DNA of 64,000 bases from the NCBI RefSeq assembly GCF_048403405.1, contig NZ_CP183129.1. One strand, given 5' to 3'. The position numbers and the translations under genes are program-made. Positions 30,039 through 43,906 of the stretch are shown here, in pieces. The stretch comes from Escherichia coli (GTDB lineage Bacteria; Pseudomonadota; Gammaproteobacteria; Enterobacterales; Enterobacteriaceae). The notes beneath the pieces are model-generated. The model searched no databases and was not told the DNA's origin. It saw nothing but the letters and a program-made list of their open reading frames with translations. Positions within the stretch are counted from its first letter, which is position 1; every line of letters begins with the position of its first letter.

Positions 30039-31109
30039 TTACACCGTCACAACTGGGACACGTAACGCCAGCGCGCACATCAACTCATAGCCCACCGTTC
30101 CGGCAGCGGCGGCGACATCATCAATTTTGATCTCCTTGCCCCACAGCTCAACCGGCGTACCAATCCCCGCCTGCGGGCAAGGCGTTAAATCAACCGCCAG
30201 CATATCCATCGAGACGGTCCCCACCGTCATGGTGCGCACGCCGTCCACTAAAACAGGAGTACCGGTAGGCGCATGGCGCGGATAACCGTCGGCGTATCCT
30301 GCGGCGACAATGCCGATTCGCTGTTCATCGCGCGCAGTATAGCGACCGCCGTAGCCCACACGCTCGCCCGCTTTTAGCGTCTGGACACCAATAATCTCAC
30401 TGCTTAGCGTCATCACCGGACGTAATCCGGTATTGGCGATATCACGCCACTGACCGGACGGCGAAGCGCCATACAAAATAATGCCAGGCCGAACCCAGTC
30501 AAAATGCGCTTCCGAGTGCCACAGAGTCGCCGCCGAATTGGACAACGAACGCCGACACTCCAGCCCTTCCGCCGCCTGCTCAATACGCGTCATCGCGCCG
30601 GAAATTCCATCAGGATGTTCCGCCTCGGCAAAATGCGACATCAGGGTCATTTCGCCAACATTCGCCATTGCCCGCAACTGCTGCCAGACGGTAAGCACGC
30701 GATCGGGCTGGAAGCCCAACCGATTCATCCCACTGTTCACTTTAAGATAAATATCCAACGGGGCTTTTAGCCGCGCATTTTGCAGTGCTTTGAGCTGCCA
30801 GTTGCTGTGTACGCAGGTGGTCAGGCGGTGCTGGTCATAAATCTCCAGATCCTGAGCATGGAAAAATCCTTCCAGCATCAGGATCGGTCCTTTCCAGCCG
30901 CGCTCACGTAACGTTATTGCCTCTTCCAGGTTAAGTAATGCAAAGCCATCGGTGGCCCCAAGCGCGCTCCAGATACGCTCAATACCGTGCCCGTAAGCGT
31001 TCGCTTTTACCACCGACCAGACGCGCGCGTGCGGCGCGGCCTGGCGGACAATGGACAGATTCTGTTTTAATGCCTGCAGATCGAGGCTGGCCTGTATCGG
31101 ACGGGTCAT
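30039..31109 (-). CDS. dadX: catabolic alanine racemase DadX
   Basis: 356-aa product MTRPIQASLDLQALKQNLSIVRQAAPHARVWSVVKANAYGHG... (PLP-lysine motif). Confidence 0.95.
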   Translation of the reverse strand: MTRPIQASLDLQALKQNLSIVRQAAPHARVWSVVKANAYGHGIERIWSALGATDGFALLNLEEAITLRERGWKGPILMLEGFFHAQDLEIYDQHRLTTCVHSNWQLKALQNARLKAPLDIYLKVNSGMNRLGFQPDRVLTVWQQLRAMANVGEMTLMSHFAEAEHPDGISGAMTRIEQAAEGLECRRSLSNSAATLWHSEAHFDWVRPGIILYGASPSGQWRDIANTGLRPVMTLSSEIIGVQTLKAGERVGYGGRYTARDEQRIGIVAAGYADGYPRHAPTGTPVLVDGVRTMTVGTVSMDMLAVDLTPCPQAGIGTPVELWGKEIKIDDVAAAAGTVGYELMCALALRVPVVTV

Positions 31110-31118
31110 CTCGTTTCC

Positions 31119-32462
<1,344 letters not shown>

Positions 32463-32746
32463 TTACATCTTGATAACTCAGCTGAAAATATTATTCAACA
32501 TACGGCTTTTTTATGGTGAGCTGGCTCACATCTCCCTGACTCTGCGGCAATATGGCGTCTTTAGTATCTCCTGCTGAACGCCCTTTTTATCCAGCATAAA
32601 ATTCCGTTCAGAAGCGGATTAGTGGCTCTCTGATAATAAGAAATCGCAAAGAAAAAAATTCTCCGGCGACGCGGTTTTTAACAGGTGTTCTATGCTTGAA
32701 ATGAGGTGCTCCACACAGAGAGCGCCGACAACAATGAGGTGCGCGT

Positions 32747-34279
32747 ATGGCGACGATCGATTCTATGAATAAGGACACCACACGTTTGAGCGATGGACCC
32801 GACTGGACGTTCGACCTGCTGGATGTTTATCTGGCAGAGATAGACCGGGTGGCGAAACTCTACCGGCTGGATACCTACCCGCACCAGATTGAAGTGATAA
32901 CCTCAGAACAGATGATGGATGCCTACTCCAGCGTCGGCATGCCAATTAACTATCCGCACTGGTCATTCGGTAAAAAGTTTATCGAGACTGAACGGCTGTA
33001 TAAGCACGGTCAGCAAGGACTGGCCTATGAAATCGTCATTAACTCTAACCCGTGTATCGCTTACCTGATGGAAGAAAACACCATTACCATGCAAGCGCTG
33101 GTGATGGCACACGCCTGCTATGGGCATAACTCTTTCTTCAAAAACAATTACTTATTCCGTAGCTGGACCGACGCCAGTTCGATTGTCGATTATCTGATTT
33201 TTGCCCGTAAATATATTACCGAGTGCGAAGAACGTTATGGCGTTGATGAAGTAGAACGGCTTCTGGACTCGTGCCACGCGCTGATGAACTACGGCGTGGA
33301 CCGGTACAAACGCCCGCAAAAAATCTCGCTGCAAGAAGAGAAAGCCCGGCAGAAAAGTCGCGAAGAGTATCTGCAAAGTCAGGTCAATATGCTCTGGCGT
33401 ACCCTGCCGAAGCGCGAGGAAGAGAAAACGGTTGCTGAAGCGCGCCGCTATCCGTCCGAGCCACAAGAAAACCTGCTCTATTTTATGGAGAAAAATGCGC
33501 CACTGCTGGAATCATGGCAGCGTGAAATCCTGCGTATTGTGCGTAAGGTGAGCCAGTATTTTTATCCGCAAAAACAGACTCAGGTGATGAACGAAGGCTG
33601 GGCGACCTTCTGGCACTATACCATCCTTAACCATCTGTATGATGAAGGGAAAGTAACGGAACGTTTTATGCTGGAGTTTTTGCACAGCCACACCAATGTG
33701 GTCTTCCAGCCGCCCTATAACAGCCCGTGGTACAGCGGCATCAACCCGTATGCCCTCGGGTTCGCCATGTTCCAGGATATTAAACGGATTTGTCAGTCGC
33801 CAACGGAAGAAGACAAATACTGGTTCCCGGATATCGCCGGTTCCGACTGGCTGGAAACGCTGCATTTCGCGATGCGTGATTTCAAAGATGAGAGTTTTAT
33901 CAGCCAGTTCCTGTCACCGAAAGTGATGCGTGATTTCCGCTTCTTCACCGTGCTGGATGACGATCGGCATAATTATCTGGAGATTTCCGCTATTCATAAT
34001 GAAGAAGGTTATCGGGAGATCCGTAACCGGTTATCGTCTCAATATAATTTAAGTAATCTGGAGCCGAATATTCAGATCTGGAACGTGGATTTGCGCGGCG
34101 ACCGTTCGCTGACGCTGCGTTACATTCCACATAATCGCGCACCGCTGGATCGGGGGCGCAAAGAAGTACTGAAGCATGTGCATCGCCTGTGGGGATTTGA
34201 TGTAATGCTGGAACAGCAAAACGAAGACGGCAGCGTCGAGTTGCTGGAACGTTGCCCGCCGAGAATGGGAAATCTGTAA
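32747..34279 (+). CDS. ycgB: SpoVR-family protein YcgB
   Basis: 510-aa product; conserved synteny between dadA and fadR. Confidence 0.93.
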   Translation: MATIDSMNKDTTRLSDGPDWTFDLLDVYLAEIDRVAKLYRLDTYPHQIEVITSEQMMDAYSSVGMPINYPHWSFGKKFIETERLYKHGQQGLAYEIVINSNPCIAYLMEENTITMQALVMAHACYGHNSFFKNNYLFRSWTDASSIVDYLIFARKYITECEERYGVDEVERLLDSCHALMNYGVDRYKRPQKISLQEEKARQKSREEYLQSQVNMLWRTLPKREEEKTVAEARRYPSEPQENLLYFMEKNAPLLESWQREILRIVRKVSQYFYPQKQTQVMNEGWATFWHYTILNHLYDEGKVTERFMLEFLHSHTNVVFQPPYNSPWYSGINPYALGFAMFQDIKRICQSPTEEDKYWFPDIAGSDWLETLHFAMRDFKDESFISQFLSPKVMRDFRFFTVLDDDRHNYLEISAIHNEEGYREIRNRLSSQYNLSNLEPNIQIWNVDLRGDRSLTLRYIPHNRAPLDRGRKEVLKHVHRLWGFDVMLEQQNEDGSVELLERCPPRMGNL

Positions 34280-34329
34280 AAACAACAAAAACCCCTCGTT
34301 TGAGGGGTTTGCTTTTTAAACGGAAGGGA

Positions 34330-35049
34330 TTATCGCCCCTGAATGGCTAAATCACCCGGCAGATTTTTCTGCATCCGGTGCCAAATCTCGCCACTCTCAT
34401 GCCCATAGCGACGCACTGTTTCGTACACCTGATCGTGCGCGCCTTCACTGCACAACGCCGACAGTTTGTGGTAGAAGCCCAGCGCCAGACTGCGCGCTTC
34501 CGGATTGGCGAAATAGTGACGACCAATGCGCGTATACAGCCCTTTCATCCCGTTAAGGATCAGACCGTAAATCGGGTTGCCGGAAGCAAACGCCAGACCG
34601 CGGAATATGTTGTAATCCAGCTCGGCAAAGGCATCGGCGTGATCGGCCACTTCATTAGCGGTTGCCAGTACTTCCTGCGCTTTATCAGGATGCTGACGAA
34701 ACGCGGTGCGAATAAAAATCGTTGAAATATTAGTACGCACCGACAGCAAATTATCAATAAGCTGCGGCACACTTTCGTGATCCAGTCGTGCCAGTGTTTC
34801 AAGGATATTTAAACCGGAGGTTTCCCAGAAATTATTCACCTTCGTCGGCTTGCCGTGTTGAATGGTCAACCAGCCATCTCGTGCCAGACGCTGTAACACT
34901 TCACGTAACGTAGTACGCGTTACGCCAATTAATTCTGAAAGTTCACGTTCTGCGGGCAAAATAGTCCCGGGAGGGAAGCGGTTATTCCAGATACTTTCAA
35001 TAATGTACTCTTCCGCGAAACCCGCCGGGCTTTGCGCCTTAATGACCAT
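34330..35049 (-). CDS. fadR: fatty-acid metabolism regulator FadR (GntR family)
   Basis: 239-aa product [61 protein letters not shown]... Confidence 0.96.
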
Positions 35050-35270
35050 AGTGAGATTTCCATAACACAGCAAAACAAAGTTGGACTCATCATACCAGAG
35101 GGCTAACTACGCTGATAGCAGACAAAAAGAAGAAAAAAGGGATCAAGGCTTCATTTTCCGCATCTCTTTCCCCTTGACTATCAAGACTTGCCTCACTCCT
35201 GCCTGACCGTTAAGCTTTGCGTTTAAACATAAAAACATCATTGATTATTTGTAAGGTAAGGGAAACCATC

Positions 35271-36812
35271 ATGGAGATCTCCTGGGGCCGCGCGCTATGG
35301 CGCAATTTTTTGGGCCAGTCCCCCGACTGGTACAAACTCGCCCTCATCATTTTCTTAATCGTAAATCCGTTAATTTTCCTCATCAGCCCTTTCGTCGCGG
35401 GCTGGTTGCTGGTAGCGGAATTTATTTTCACTCTGGCGATGGCCCTGAAATGCTACCCGCTGCTCCCCGGTGGTCTGTTGGCTATCGAAGCGGTATTCAT
35501 CGGCATGACCAGCGCGGAACACGTCCGTGAAGAGGTGGCGGCAAATCTTGAAGTCTTGCTGTTACTGATGTTTATGGTGGCGGGTATCTATTTTATGAAA
35601 CAGCTGTTGCTGTTCATATTTACCCGTTTGCTGTTAAGCATTCGCTCCAAAATGCTGCTGTCGCTCTCTTTTTGCGTGGCGGCGGCGTTCCTCTCCGCGT
35701 TCCTCGATGCCTTAACCGTCGTGGCGGTGGTGATCAGCGTTGCTGTCGGTTTTTATGGTATTTATCACCGCGTAGCCTCTTCCCGTACCGAAGATACCGA
35801 CCTGCAAGACGATAGTCATATCGACAAGCATTACAAAGTGGTTCTGGAACAGTTCCGTGGCTTTCTGCGTAGCCTGATGATGCATGCCGGTGTCGGCACC
35901 GCATTAGGCGGCGTAATGACCATGGTGGGCGAACCACAGAACCTGATCATCGCTAAAGCGGCTGGCTGGCATTTTGGCGATTTCTTCCTGCGCATGTCGC
36001 CGGTGACCGTCCCGGTTCTGATTTGTGGCCTGTTAACCTGCCTGCTGGTAGAGAAGCTGCGTTGGTTTGGCTACGGTGAAACGCTGCCGGAGAAAGTCCG
36101 CGAAGTCCTGCAGCAGTTTGATGATCAAAGCCGCCACCAGCGTACCCGTCAGGATAAAATCCGTCTGATTGTCCAGGCGATTATTGGCGTCTGGCTGGTG
36201 ACTGCGCTGGCGTTGCATCTGGCGGAAGTTGGCTTGATTGGTTTGTCGGTCATTATTCTGGCGACATCATTGACCGGTGTCACCGATGAACATGCTATCG
36301 GTAAAGCCTTCACCGAATCTCTGCCATTCACCGCACTGTTGACGGTGTTTTTCTCGGTAGTCGCGGTGATTATCGACCAACAACTGTTTTCGCCGATTAT
36401 TCAGTTTGTGTTGCAGGCATCGGAACATGCTCAGCTGTCGCTGTTCTATATTTTCAACGGTCTGCTGTCATCCATTTCGGATAACGTCTTCGTGGGGACG
36501 ATTTATATCAACGAAGCGAAAGCGGCAATGGAAAGTGGCGCTATCACGTTGAAGCAATACGAGCTGCTGGCGGTCGCCATTAATACCGGTACCAATCTGC
36601 CCTCTGTCGCTACGCCGAACGGTCAGGCTGCGTTCCTGTTCCTGCTGACCTCTGCACTCGCGCCATTGATTCGCCTCTCTTATGGGCGCATGGTGTGGAT
36701 GGCCCTGCCTTACACCCTCGTCCTGACACTCGTCGGACTACTTTGCGTCGAGTTTACGCTTGCCCCTGTAACCGAATGGTTTATGCAAATGGGCTGGATA
36801 GCAACGCTTTGA
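35271..36812 (+). CDS. nhaB: Na+/H+ antiporter NhaB
   Basis: 513-aa polytopic membrane protein starting [22 protein letters not shown]... Confidence 0.95.
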
Positions 36813-36957
36813 TAACAACTTACCGGGCATATAAATGCCCGGTTTGCCTTTTCGCCCGATAATTGTCCAATTGCGTCCTATTTTTGCTGCCTCCTGGTGG
36901 CGCAGCGAATGAATTGGTTTAAACTGCGCACTCTATGCATATTGCAGGGAAATGATT

Positions 36958-37488
36958 ATGTTGCGATTTTTGAACCAATGTTCACAAGGCCGGGGCGCGT
37001 GGCTGTTGATGGCGTTTACCGCTCTGGCACTGGAACTGACGGCACTGTGGTTCCAGCATGTGATGTTACTGAAACCTTGCGTGCTCTGTATTTATGAACG
37101 CTGCGCATTATTCGGCGTTCTGGGTGCTGCGCTGATTGGCGCGATCGCCCCGAAAACTCCGCTGCGTTATGTAGCGATGGTTATCTGGTTGTATAGTGCG
37201 TTCCGCGGTGTGCAGTTAACTTACGAGCACACCATGCTTCAGCTCTATCCTTCGCCGTTTGCGACCTGTGATTTTATGGTTCGTTTCCCGGAATGGCTGC
37301 CGCTGGATAAATGGGTACCGCAAGTGTTTGTCGCCTCTGGCGATTGCGCCGAGCGTCAGTGGGATTTTTTAGGTCTGGAAATGCCGCAGTGGTTGCTCGG
37401 TATTTTTATCGCTTACCTGATTGTCGCGGTGCTGGTGGTGATTTCCCAGCCGTTTAAAGCGAAAAAACGTGACCTGTTCGGTCGCTAA
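36958..37488 (+). CDS. dsbB: disulfide bond formation protein DsbB
   Basis: 176-aa product [20 protein letters not shown]... with Cys pairs (CVLC, CDF...C). Confidence 0.95.
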   Translation: MLRFLNQCSQGRGAWLLMAFTALALELTALWFQHVMLLKPCVLCIYERCALFGVLGAALIGAIAPKTPLRYVAMVIWLYSAFRGVQLTYEHTMLQLYPSPFATCDFMVRFPEWLPLDKWVPQVFVASGDCAERQWDFLGLEMPQWLLGIFIAYLIVAVLVVISQPFKAKKRDLFGR

Positions 37489-37533
37489 TCCATTCAGCGC
37501 TCCTGCGGGAGCGCTTTTTTCCTGCCACTATGT

Positions 37534-38802
37534 TTATTTGACCCGCAGTAAATCAGAACTTCGCGTTGTATAACGTGGTGAAAGCATGGCACGCTTCATC
37601 TGCCATTGTTGCTGGATCCCCTGCCCGGCAAAATAGAGTGTTCCTCTGCCCTCTTTAGCATTTAGCGTATCCATTACCGCCATCAATTGCTCACTCCCGG
37701 GGCGCGGTGCGTTGTCATCGAATAAATTGAGCTGCGCGACTCCCTGACTGAAGAAATCTCCCAGCATCACGCCCGCTTTTTGGTAGCGATGGCCCGCTTG
37801 CCAGATGGCATCCAGAGATCGCGTAGCGGCGTTAATGATATCCCTGCTGTCCTGAGTGGGCGTCAGCAGTTTTACCGACGCGCTATTGCCGTAATAAGGT
37901 TCATTGAGTGCAAATGGTGACGTCTTAATAAACGTGGAAATAAACCGACAATATTGATGCTCACTGCGAAGTTTTTCCGCCGCCCGGGCAGCGTAACTAC
38001 AAATGGCCTGCCGCATCGACGGATAATCCGTGATGCGTTCACCAAACGAGCGGGAACAGATAATTTCCTGCTTCGTCGGTGCAAACTCTTCCAGTTGCAA
38101 ACAGGGTTCGCCGCGCAGTTCACGCACCGTTCTTTCGAGCACGACATTAAAATGTTTACGGATAAACCGGATATCTGTACCCGCCAAATCGAGAACGGTT
38201 TTGATCCCCATCGCGTCCAGTTTTTTGCTGATCCGCCGTCCAATCCCCCAGACTTCATCCACGGGGAGAGCAGACATTAATTTACGCTGGCGTTCCAGAT
38301 TTGATAAATCCACCACCCCACCCGTCTGCCGCTGCCATTTTTTTGCCGCATGATTGGCAAGCTTAGCCAGCGTTTTGGTCTGGGCGATCCCCACGCCAAC
38401 AGTAAGATGGGTACGTTGTAGCACCGTTGCGCGAATTTCTCTGCCAAGATCAGTCAGATCGCGACAATTACGCACACCTGTCAGATCGCAGAATGCCTCA
38501 TCAATACTGTAAATCTCGACGCGGGGCGATAATTCTTCCAGCGTCGACATCACCCGATTGCTCATGTCTGCGTAAAGCTCATAATTGCTGCTAAAGCAAA
38601 CCACGCCACAGCGACGAAACAGATCTTTTTGTTTGAACCAGGGATCGCCCATTTTAACACCCAGCGCCTTTGCCTCAGCGTTTCGGGCGATAACGCAACC
38701 GTCATTATTCGATAGCACAACCACTGGTTTACCCCATAAATCAGGGCGAAACACCGTCTCACAGCTGGCATAAAACGCGTTTACATCACAGAGGGCAAAC
38801 AT
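37534..38802 (-). CDS. umuC: DNA polymerase V catalytic subunit UmuC
   Basis: 422-aa product [22 protein letters not shown]... (Y-family polymerase). Confidence 0.96.
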   Translation of the reverse strand: MFALCDVNAFYASCETVFRPDLWGKPVVVLSNNDGCVIARNAEAKALGVKMGDPWFKQKDLFRRCGVVCFSSNYELYADMSNRVMSTLEELSPRVEIYSIDEAFCDLTGVRNCRDLTDLGREIRATVLQRTHLTVGVGIAQTKTLAKLANHAAKKWQRQTGGVVDLSNLERQRKLMSALPVDEVWGIGRRISKKLDAMGIKTVLDLAGTDIRFIRKHFNVVLERTVRELRGEPCLQLEEFAPTKQEIICSRSFGERITDYPSMRQAICSYAARAAEKLRSEHQYCRFISTFIKTSPFALNEPYYGNSASVKLLTPTQDSRDIINAATRSLDAIWQAGHRYQKAGVMLGDFFSQGVAQLNLFDDNAPRPGSEQLMAVMDTLNAKEGRGTLYFAGQGIQQQWQMKRAMLSPRYTTRSSDLLRVK

Positions 38803-39221
38803 CAGCGCATCGCCTTAACGACGTGGATCACCACACCAAAGACATCCAGCGTATCTTCGCTACTGATGGTAATGGGCGAGTACGCACTGTTCATGGGAAT
38901 AAGTTGTACAGTCGGGCGTAGTTGCAATTTTTTCACCGTAAACTCGCCGTCAACAGCAGCGATGACAATATCACCATGGCTGGCGGTAATAGCGCTATCG
39001 ACAATCAGTAAATCACCGTCACTAATCCCACCGTCAATCATAGAATCACCACTTGCTTTGACGAAGTAAGTCGCGCTGGGATGCTGGATCAACAGTTGAT
39101 TCAGATCGATGCGCTGTTCAACGTAATCTGCGGCCGGTGAAGGAAAGCCACACTGAACAAGATCGCTAAATAGCGGAAAAGTCACAATTTCGCGGAGATC
39201 CGCAGGCTTGATAAACAACAT
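38802..39221 (-). CDS. umuD: DNA polymerase V accessory subunit UmuD
   Basis: 139-aa product [18 protein letters not shown]...; 1-nt overlap with umuC. Confidence 0.96.
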
Positions 39222-39240
39222 AATAATCTGCCTGAAGTTA

Positions 39241-39260
39241 TACTGTTTTTATATACAGTA
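39241..39260. promoter_or_regulatory. LexA (SOS) box of the umuDC operon
   Basis: tactgtttttatatacagta fits CTGT-N8-ACAG, 20 bp upstream of umuD start. Confidence 0.85.
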
Positions 39261-39592
39261 GTCTGTTCTTGCCAGCAGATCAATACTGATTCAGGCTATC
39301 AATATTTGTCGCTGCATAGACTGCTGATTTTTCGTTCTCTTATCCTGTGCTCACGCGGCCTTCTGGCGACGACGCTCATCCAGCAGAAATGAAAAATATC
39401 ACCCGGCTAAAAATAGAATAGAAGCATTCGCCATAATGACATTAAACATTGTTTGATATTTATCATATTAATAGAAATAAAGACATTGACGCATCTCGCC
39501 CGCCTAACTATGAATTAGATGAAGTAAAATTCATTAATAGTTGTAAAACAGGAGTTTCATTACAATTTATATATTTAAAGAGGCGAATGATT

Positions 39593-40504
39593 ATGACTGA
39601 AATCGTTGCAGATAAAACGGTAGAGGTAGTTAAAAACGCAATCGAAACCGCAGATGGAGCATTAGACCTTTATAATAAATATCTCGATCAGGTCATCCCC
39701 TGGCAGACCTTCGATGAAACCATAAAAGAGTTAAGTCGCTTTAAACAGGAGTATTCACAGGCAGCCTCCGTTTTAGTTGGCGATATTAAAACCTTACTTA
39801 TGGATAGCCAGGATAAGTATTTTGAAGCAACCCAAACAGTGTATGAATGGTGTGGTGTTGCGACGCAATTGCTCGCAGCGTATATTTTGCTATTTGATGA
39901 GTACAATGAGAAGAAAGCATCCGCCCAGAAAGACATTCTCATTAAGGTACTGGATGACGGCATCACGAAGCTGAATGAAGCGCAAAAATCCCTGCTGGTA
40001 AGCTCACAAAGTTTTAACAACGCTTCCGGAAAACTGCTGGCGTTAGATAGCCAGTTAACTAATGATTTTTCAGAAAAAAGCAGCTATTTCCAGTCACAGG
40101 TAGATAAAATCAGGAAGGAAGCGTATGCCGGTGCCGCAGCCGGTGTCGTCGCCGGTCCATTTGGATTAATCATTTCCTATTCTATTGCTGCGGGCGTAGT
40201 TGAAGGGAAACTGATTCCAGAATTGAAGAACAAGTTAAAATCTGTGCAGAGTTTCTTTACCACCCTGTCTAACACGGTTAAACAAGCGAATAAAGATATC
40301 GATGCCGCCAAATTGAAATTAACCACCGAAATAGTCGCCATCGGGGAGATAAAAACGGAAACTGAAACAACCAGATTCTACGTTGATTATGATGATTTAA
40401 TGCTTTCTTTGCTAAAAGAAGCGGCAAAAAAAATGATTAACACCTGTAATGAGTATCAGAAAAGACACGGTAAGAAGACACTCTTTGAGGTACCTGAAGT
40501 CTGA
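39593..40504 (+). CDS. hlyE: pore-forming hemolysin E (ClyA/SheA)
   Basis: 303-aa product MTEIVADKTVEVVKNAIETADGALDLYNKYLDQVIPWQTF...; start at internal ATG of the longer ORF. Confidence 0.95.
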   Translation: MTEIVADKTVEVVKNAIETADGALDLYNKYLDQVIPWQTFDETIKELSRFKQEYSQAASVLVGDIKTLLMDSQDKYFEATQTVYEWCGVATQLLAAYILLFDEYNEKKASAQKDILIKVLDDGITKLNEAQKSLLVSSQSFNNASGKLLALDSQLTNDFSEKSSYFQSQVDKIRKEAYAGAAAGVVAGPFGLIISYSIAAGVVEGKLIPELKNKLKSVQSFFTTLSNTVKQANKDIDAAKLKLTTEIVAIGEIKTETETTRFYVDYDDLMLSLLKEAAKKMINTCNEYQKRHGKKTLFEVPEV

Positions 40505-40710
40505 TAAGCGATTATTCTCTCCATGTACTCAAGGTATAAAGTTTATCACATTTAAAAATACAGCCGTTTTTTAAAGATTGAGAGTTACCTGTTGATAATA
40601 AGGTATCGGGTAACTCTCATTATGACAGAGCGCTTTCAAAAACAGGGCTACGAAATGGCGAGTATCCAGACGTATATTAAGAAAGCCCCCATCAACATCT
40701 ATTAAATTTA

Positions 40711-41172
40711 TCACTGCGCCCAGTCAGGTTTATTTAAGATATGATCCTGCCAGTCAATCACTTCTGATTCTTTCACTGCGATATGACGCACAGAGATACG
40801 TTCGCCATGCATTGCCGCTTTCGAACCAGTAAGTAGCGGATGCCACGCAGGTAAATCTTTACCTTCCGCCAGCAAGCGATAAGCGCAGGTCATTGGCAGC
40901 CATTCGAATGTTGGCAGATTTTCACGGGTTAATTTAATGCAGTCGGGTTCAAACTCGAAACGACGTTCGTAATTCCGACATTGACAGGTTTTAATATTGA
41001 GCTGGCGACAGGCGACGTTAGTGAAGTAGATTTCGTCGGTGTCTTCATCCATCAGTTTATGCAGGCAACACTGACCGCAACCATCACACAACGACTCCCA
41101 TTCCGCATCGCTCATTTCATCCAGGGTTTTACTTTGCCAGAAAGGTACATCGCTCATCAGGTGTTCCGCCAT
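40711..41172 (-). CDS. ycgN: UPF0260-family protein YcgN
   Basis: Cys-rich motifs (CDGCGQCC) in the translation; conserved synteny; start chosen for 153 aa. Confidence 0.88.
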
Positions 41173-41248
41173 TACGTTAAAACGCACCTTATAACCAGTC
41201 TGGCACAGCGATGCAAGTTTTGCCGCCGCTTTCAGGCGGCAAAAAGTA

Positions 41249-41908
41249 TTACAAAACGCGAGTTGTCAAAGAATGCCCATCGAAAGTGACTGTCAGCTCA
41301 TCACCACTTTGCAACGGGCCGACGCCATCAGGCGTGCCTGTCAGCACAACGTCACCGGCCTTGAGGGTAAAGAACTTGCTCATATAAGCGATCAGCGGAA
41401 CGATTTTATGGATCATGTCCGCAGTCGTACCTTGCTGGCGTTGTTCGCCGTTTACGCTCAGGCCCAGCGTTGTATTTTGCGGATCGCCGGTGAATTCCGC
41501 CGCGGGAATAAACCCGGAAAGCGGACAAGAGTTATCAAACGCTTTGGCCTTTTCCCACGGCTGCCCGGCTTTCTTCATTTTTCCCTGAACATCACGCAAT
41601 GTCAGATCGAGCGCCACGCCGTAACCGGCAATGGCTTTACGGACATGCTCTTCCGTAGCCTGACGCAGCGTCGCGCCAATCAATACCGCCAGTTCGACTT
41701 CATGATGAACTGAACCGAAATCGGATGGGATCGCCAATGGCTGCCGCAGATCGCACAGTGCCGTTTCTGGTTTAATAAACAGCACTGGCTCTTCGGGCAC
41801 TGCGCTACCCATCTCTTTAATATGTTTGGCATAGTTACTGCCAACACAGACTACTTTACTCACCGGATAATCCAGCAGCGCACCTTGCCAGTTGTGATGT
41901 TGATACAT
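41249..41908 (-). CDS. ycgM: fumarylacetoacetate hydrolase-family protein YcgM
   Basis: 219-aa product; conserved synteny. Confidence 0.9.
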
Positions 41909-41979
41909 AACGTTCCCCTCACCTTATCGTGGATATGAAAACCCGCGCCGACAAAGATAATGCCACCGCCGGATATCGG

Positions 41980-42306
41980 TTATTTGTTCGTGTCGTCTGT
42001 TTTCTGCCCCATGACGGAAAGATGTTGCTTCAGCAAATCTTCGGGTGGTGGCGGTAACTGCAAATAGTAACCTTGCTCGGTTAATGCCTGTTTAACCTTT
42101 TCAATATCGGCATTGACCAGTTTCTTCCGCCCATCCAGCGGCAGAATCATCGCTAACTGAGGCTGACCAAAACCTTTCATCAGTTCCTCAGGAACACGCG
42201 AAAAATCGTCTTTTTTTTCGACATATAAATAGGTCTGGTCACGCTTGCTGCTTCGATAAATCACACAAAACATACTTTTACTCTTTAAGATGCCAGGTTT
42301 TGGCAT
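41980..42306 (-). CDS. ycgL: protein YcgL
   Basis: 108-aa product; conserved synteny. Confidence 0.88.
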   Translation of the reverse strand: MPKPGILKSKSMFCVIYRSSKRDQTYLYVEKKDDFSRVPEELMKGFGQPQLAMILPLDGRKKLVNADIEKVKQALTEQGYYLQLPPPPEDLLKQHLSVMGQKTDDTNK

Positions 42307-42514
42307 AAGCTAACATCAATGAAACCCGCGCCACAAGCCAGCCAGCTGTAGATTTCTACGGTTTGTTGAGTCCATGCCCCCTTTATAAGTAATCCCCCCG
42401 GCAAAAATGCCGCGACGGGATTTTACCGAACGCAGGAAAGCCACTGGAATTCTCCCGTAAGGGATTGTTATATTATAACAGTTCATCGTACTCATTCTGA
42501 ACAGGAGACTACCA

Positions 42515-42916
42515 ATGAAAATCAAGAGCATCAGTAAGGCTGTATTGCTGCTTGCACTGCTAACCTCCACGAGCTTTGCTGCGGGTAAGAATGTCAATGT
42601 TGAGTTCAGAAAAGGCCATAGCAGCGCTCAGTACTCCGGCGAAATAAAGGGATACGATTACGATACATATACCTTCTATGCCAAAAAAGGTCAGAAAGTG
42701 CATGTGAGTATCTCTAATGAAGGCGCTGATACTTACCTCTTCGGGCCAGGAATCGATGATTCTGTTGATTTATCCAGATATTCCCCAGAACTCGATAGTC
42801 ACGGACAATACTCACTCCCTGCTTCTGGCAAATATGAGCTGCGAGTGCTGCAAACCCGAAACGACGCCCGTAAAAACAAAACTAAAAAATATAACGTCGA
42901 TATTCAAATTAAGTAA
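42515..42916 (+). CDS. pliG: periplasmic inhibitor of g-type lysozyme PliG (YcgK)
   Basis: 133-aa product with signal peptide [22 protein letters not shown]; synteny. Confidence 0.88.
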
Positions 42917-43018
42917 ATGTCAACCGACGGGGACTCTCCCCGTCATAAACGTTAACGCCCCACTCCTCTCTGTCGCTCAAGAGGTTAATGACGAATAGAA
43001 CATAATGTAAACAAGACA

Positions 43019-43387
43019 TCACTCACGACACATAAATAACATCTTTGTGGTGGTTTGATTGATTTTTCCACTCCGCTTACCATCCACACCAAAATAACGA
43101 TCATCACGACATAATTTTTCTTTAACATCGCAAAATACACCGTTAGCGAATGTAAATTCGCTGGGATCGTAGCCTTGTACTGATTGTAAGTTTTCAGCGG
43201 CTTTTTCGCCGAGATATTTCCTTGTTAACTCTGGGGAAATGCCATCTGAGTTAACACAAATATACGGGTCGCAAACAACGCCACACGCAGGAGATTGAAG
43301 TCCGCCAGCGTCATGTCCAGACGCCATTGATGAGAACATCATCCCCACACCTGACAATCCGATATAAATAATACGCATCATATTCAT
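43019..43387 (-). CDS. ycgJ: protein YcgJ (secreted)
   Basis: 122-aa product with signal peptide; synteny beside minC. Confidence 0.88.
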   Translation of the reverse strand: MNMMRIIYIGLSGVGMMFSSMASGHDAGGLQSPACGVVCDPYICVNSDGISPELTRKYLGEKAAENLQSVQGYDPSEFTFANGVFCDVKEKLCRDDRYFGVDGKRSGKINQTTTKMLFMCRE

Positions 43388-43906
43388 AGCACATCCTGAT
43401 AATCCAACCGTGCAACACTTATGCTCATTTCGTCATCAATCCGTAATCAAAACCGCTGACCTGGACGAGTTACGATGACCTGACAGAAGTATCAGACGTC
43501 TTCTGCGGTTTCTATGATAGAGCAATTCTGTGGCGGATATTAAGATAACGGGTATCTGTTCTTTAATGATGCCGCAAAAAATGGAAAGTTAAGAAAGCCT
43601 GGCGTGGTGAAAAAATACACTTGCCTCAATACTGGATATTTAAACAGGTTTGGAGATGCTGTCACGATTAGGGTGCGGAAAAAGGAAGCGTAAATAAGAA
43701 GAATCAAAAGTACGACGGCAATGGGTTGATTGACAAGGGTATTTTTTAAGCTATGAATCAGCGCCATTTATCACAGAATAGACTTTTACTCTGAATAAAT
43801 GGGAGGGTGACTTGCCTCAATATAATCCAGACTATAACATGCCTTATAGTCTTCGGAACATCATCGCGCGCTGGCGATGATTAATAGCTAATTGAGTAAG
43901 GCCAGG

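Noticed and set aside
28311-30040. tRNA gene as integration target next to the P4-type integrase
   Set aside because: No tRNA-like sequence (no GGTTCGAATCC-type T-loop with acceptor stem) found between int and dadX or at the left junction; target appears to be the cvrA-dadX intergenic region or an earlier remnant
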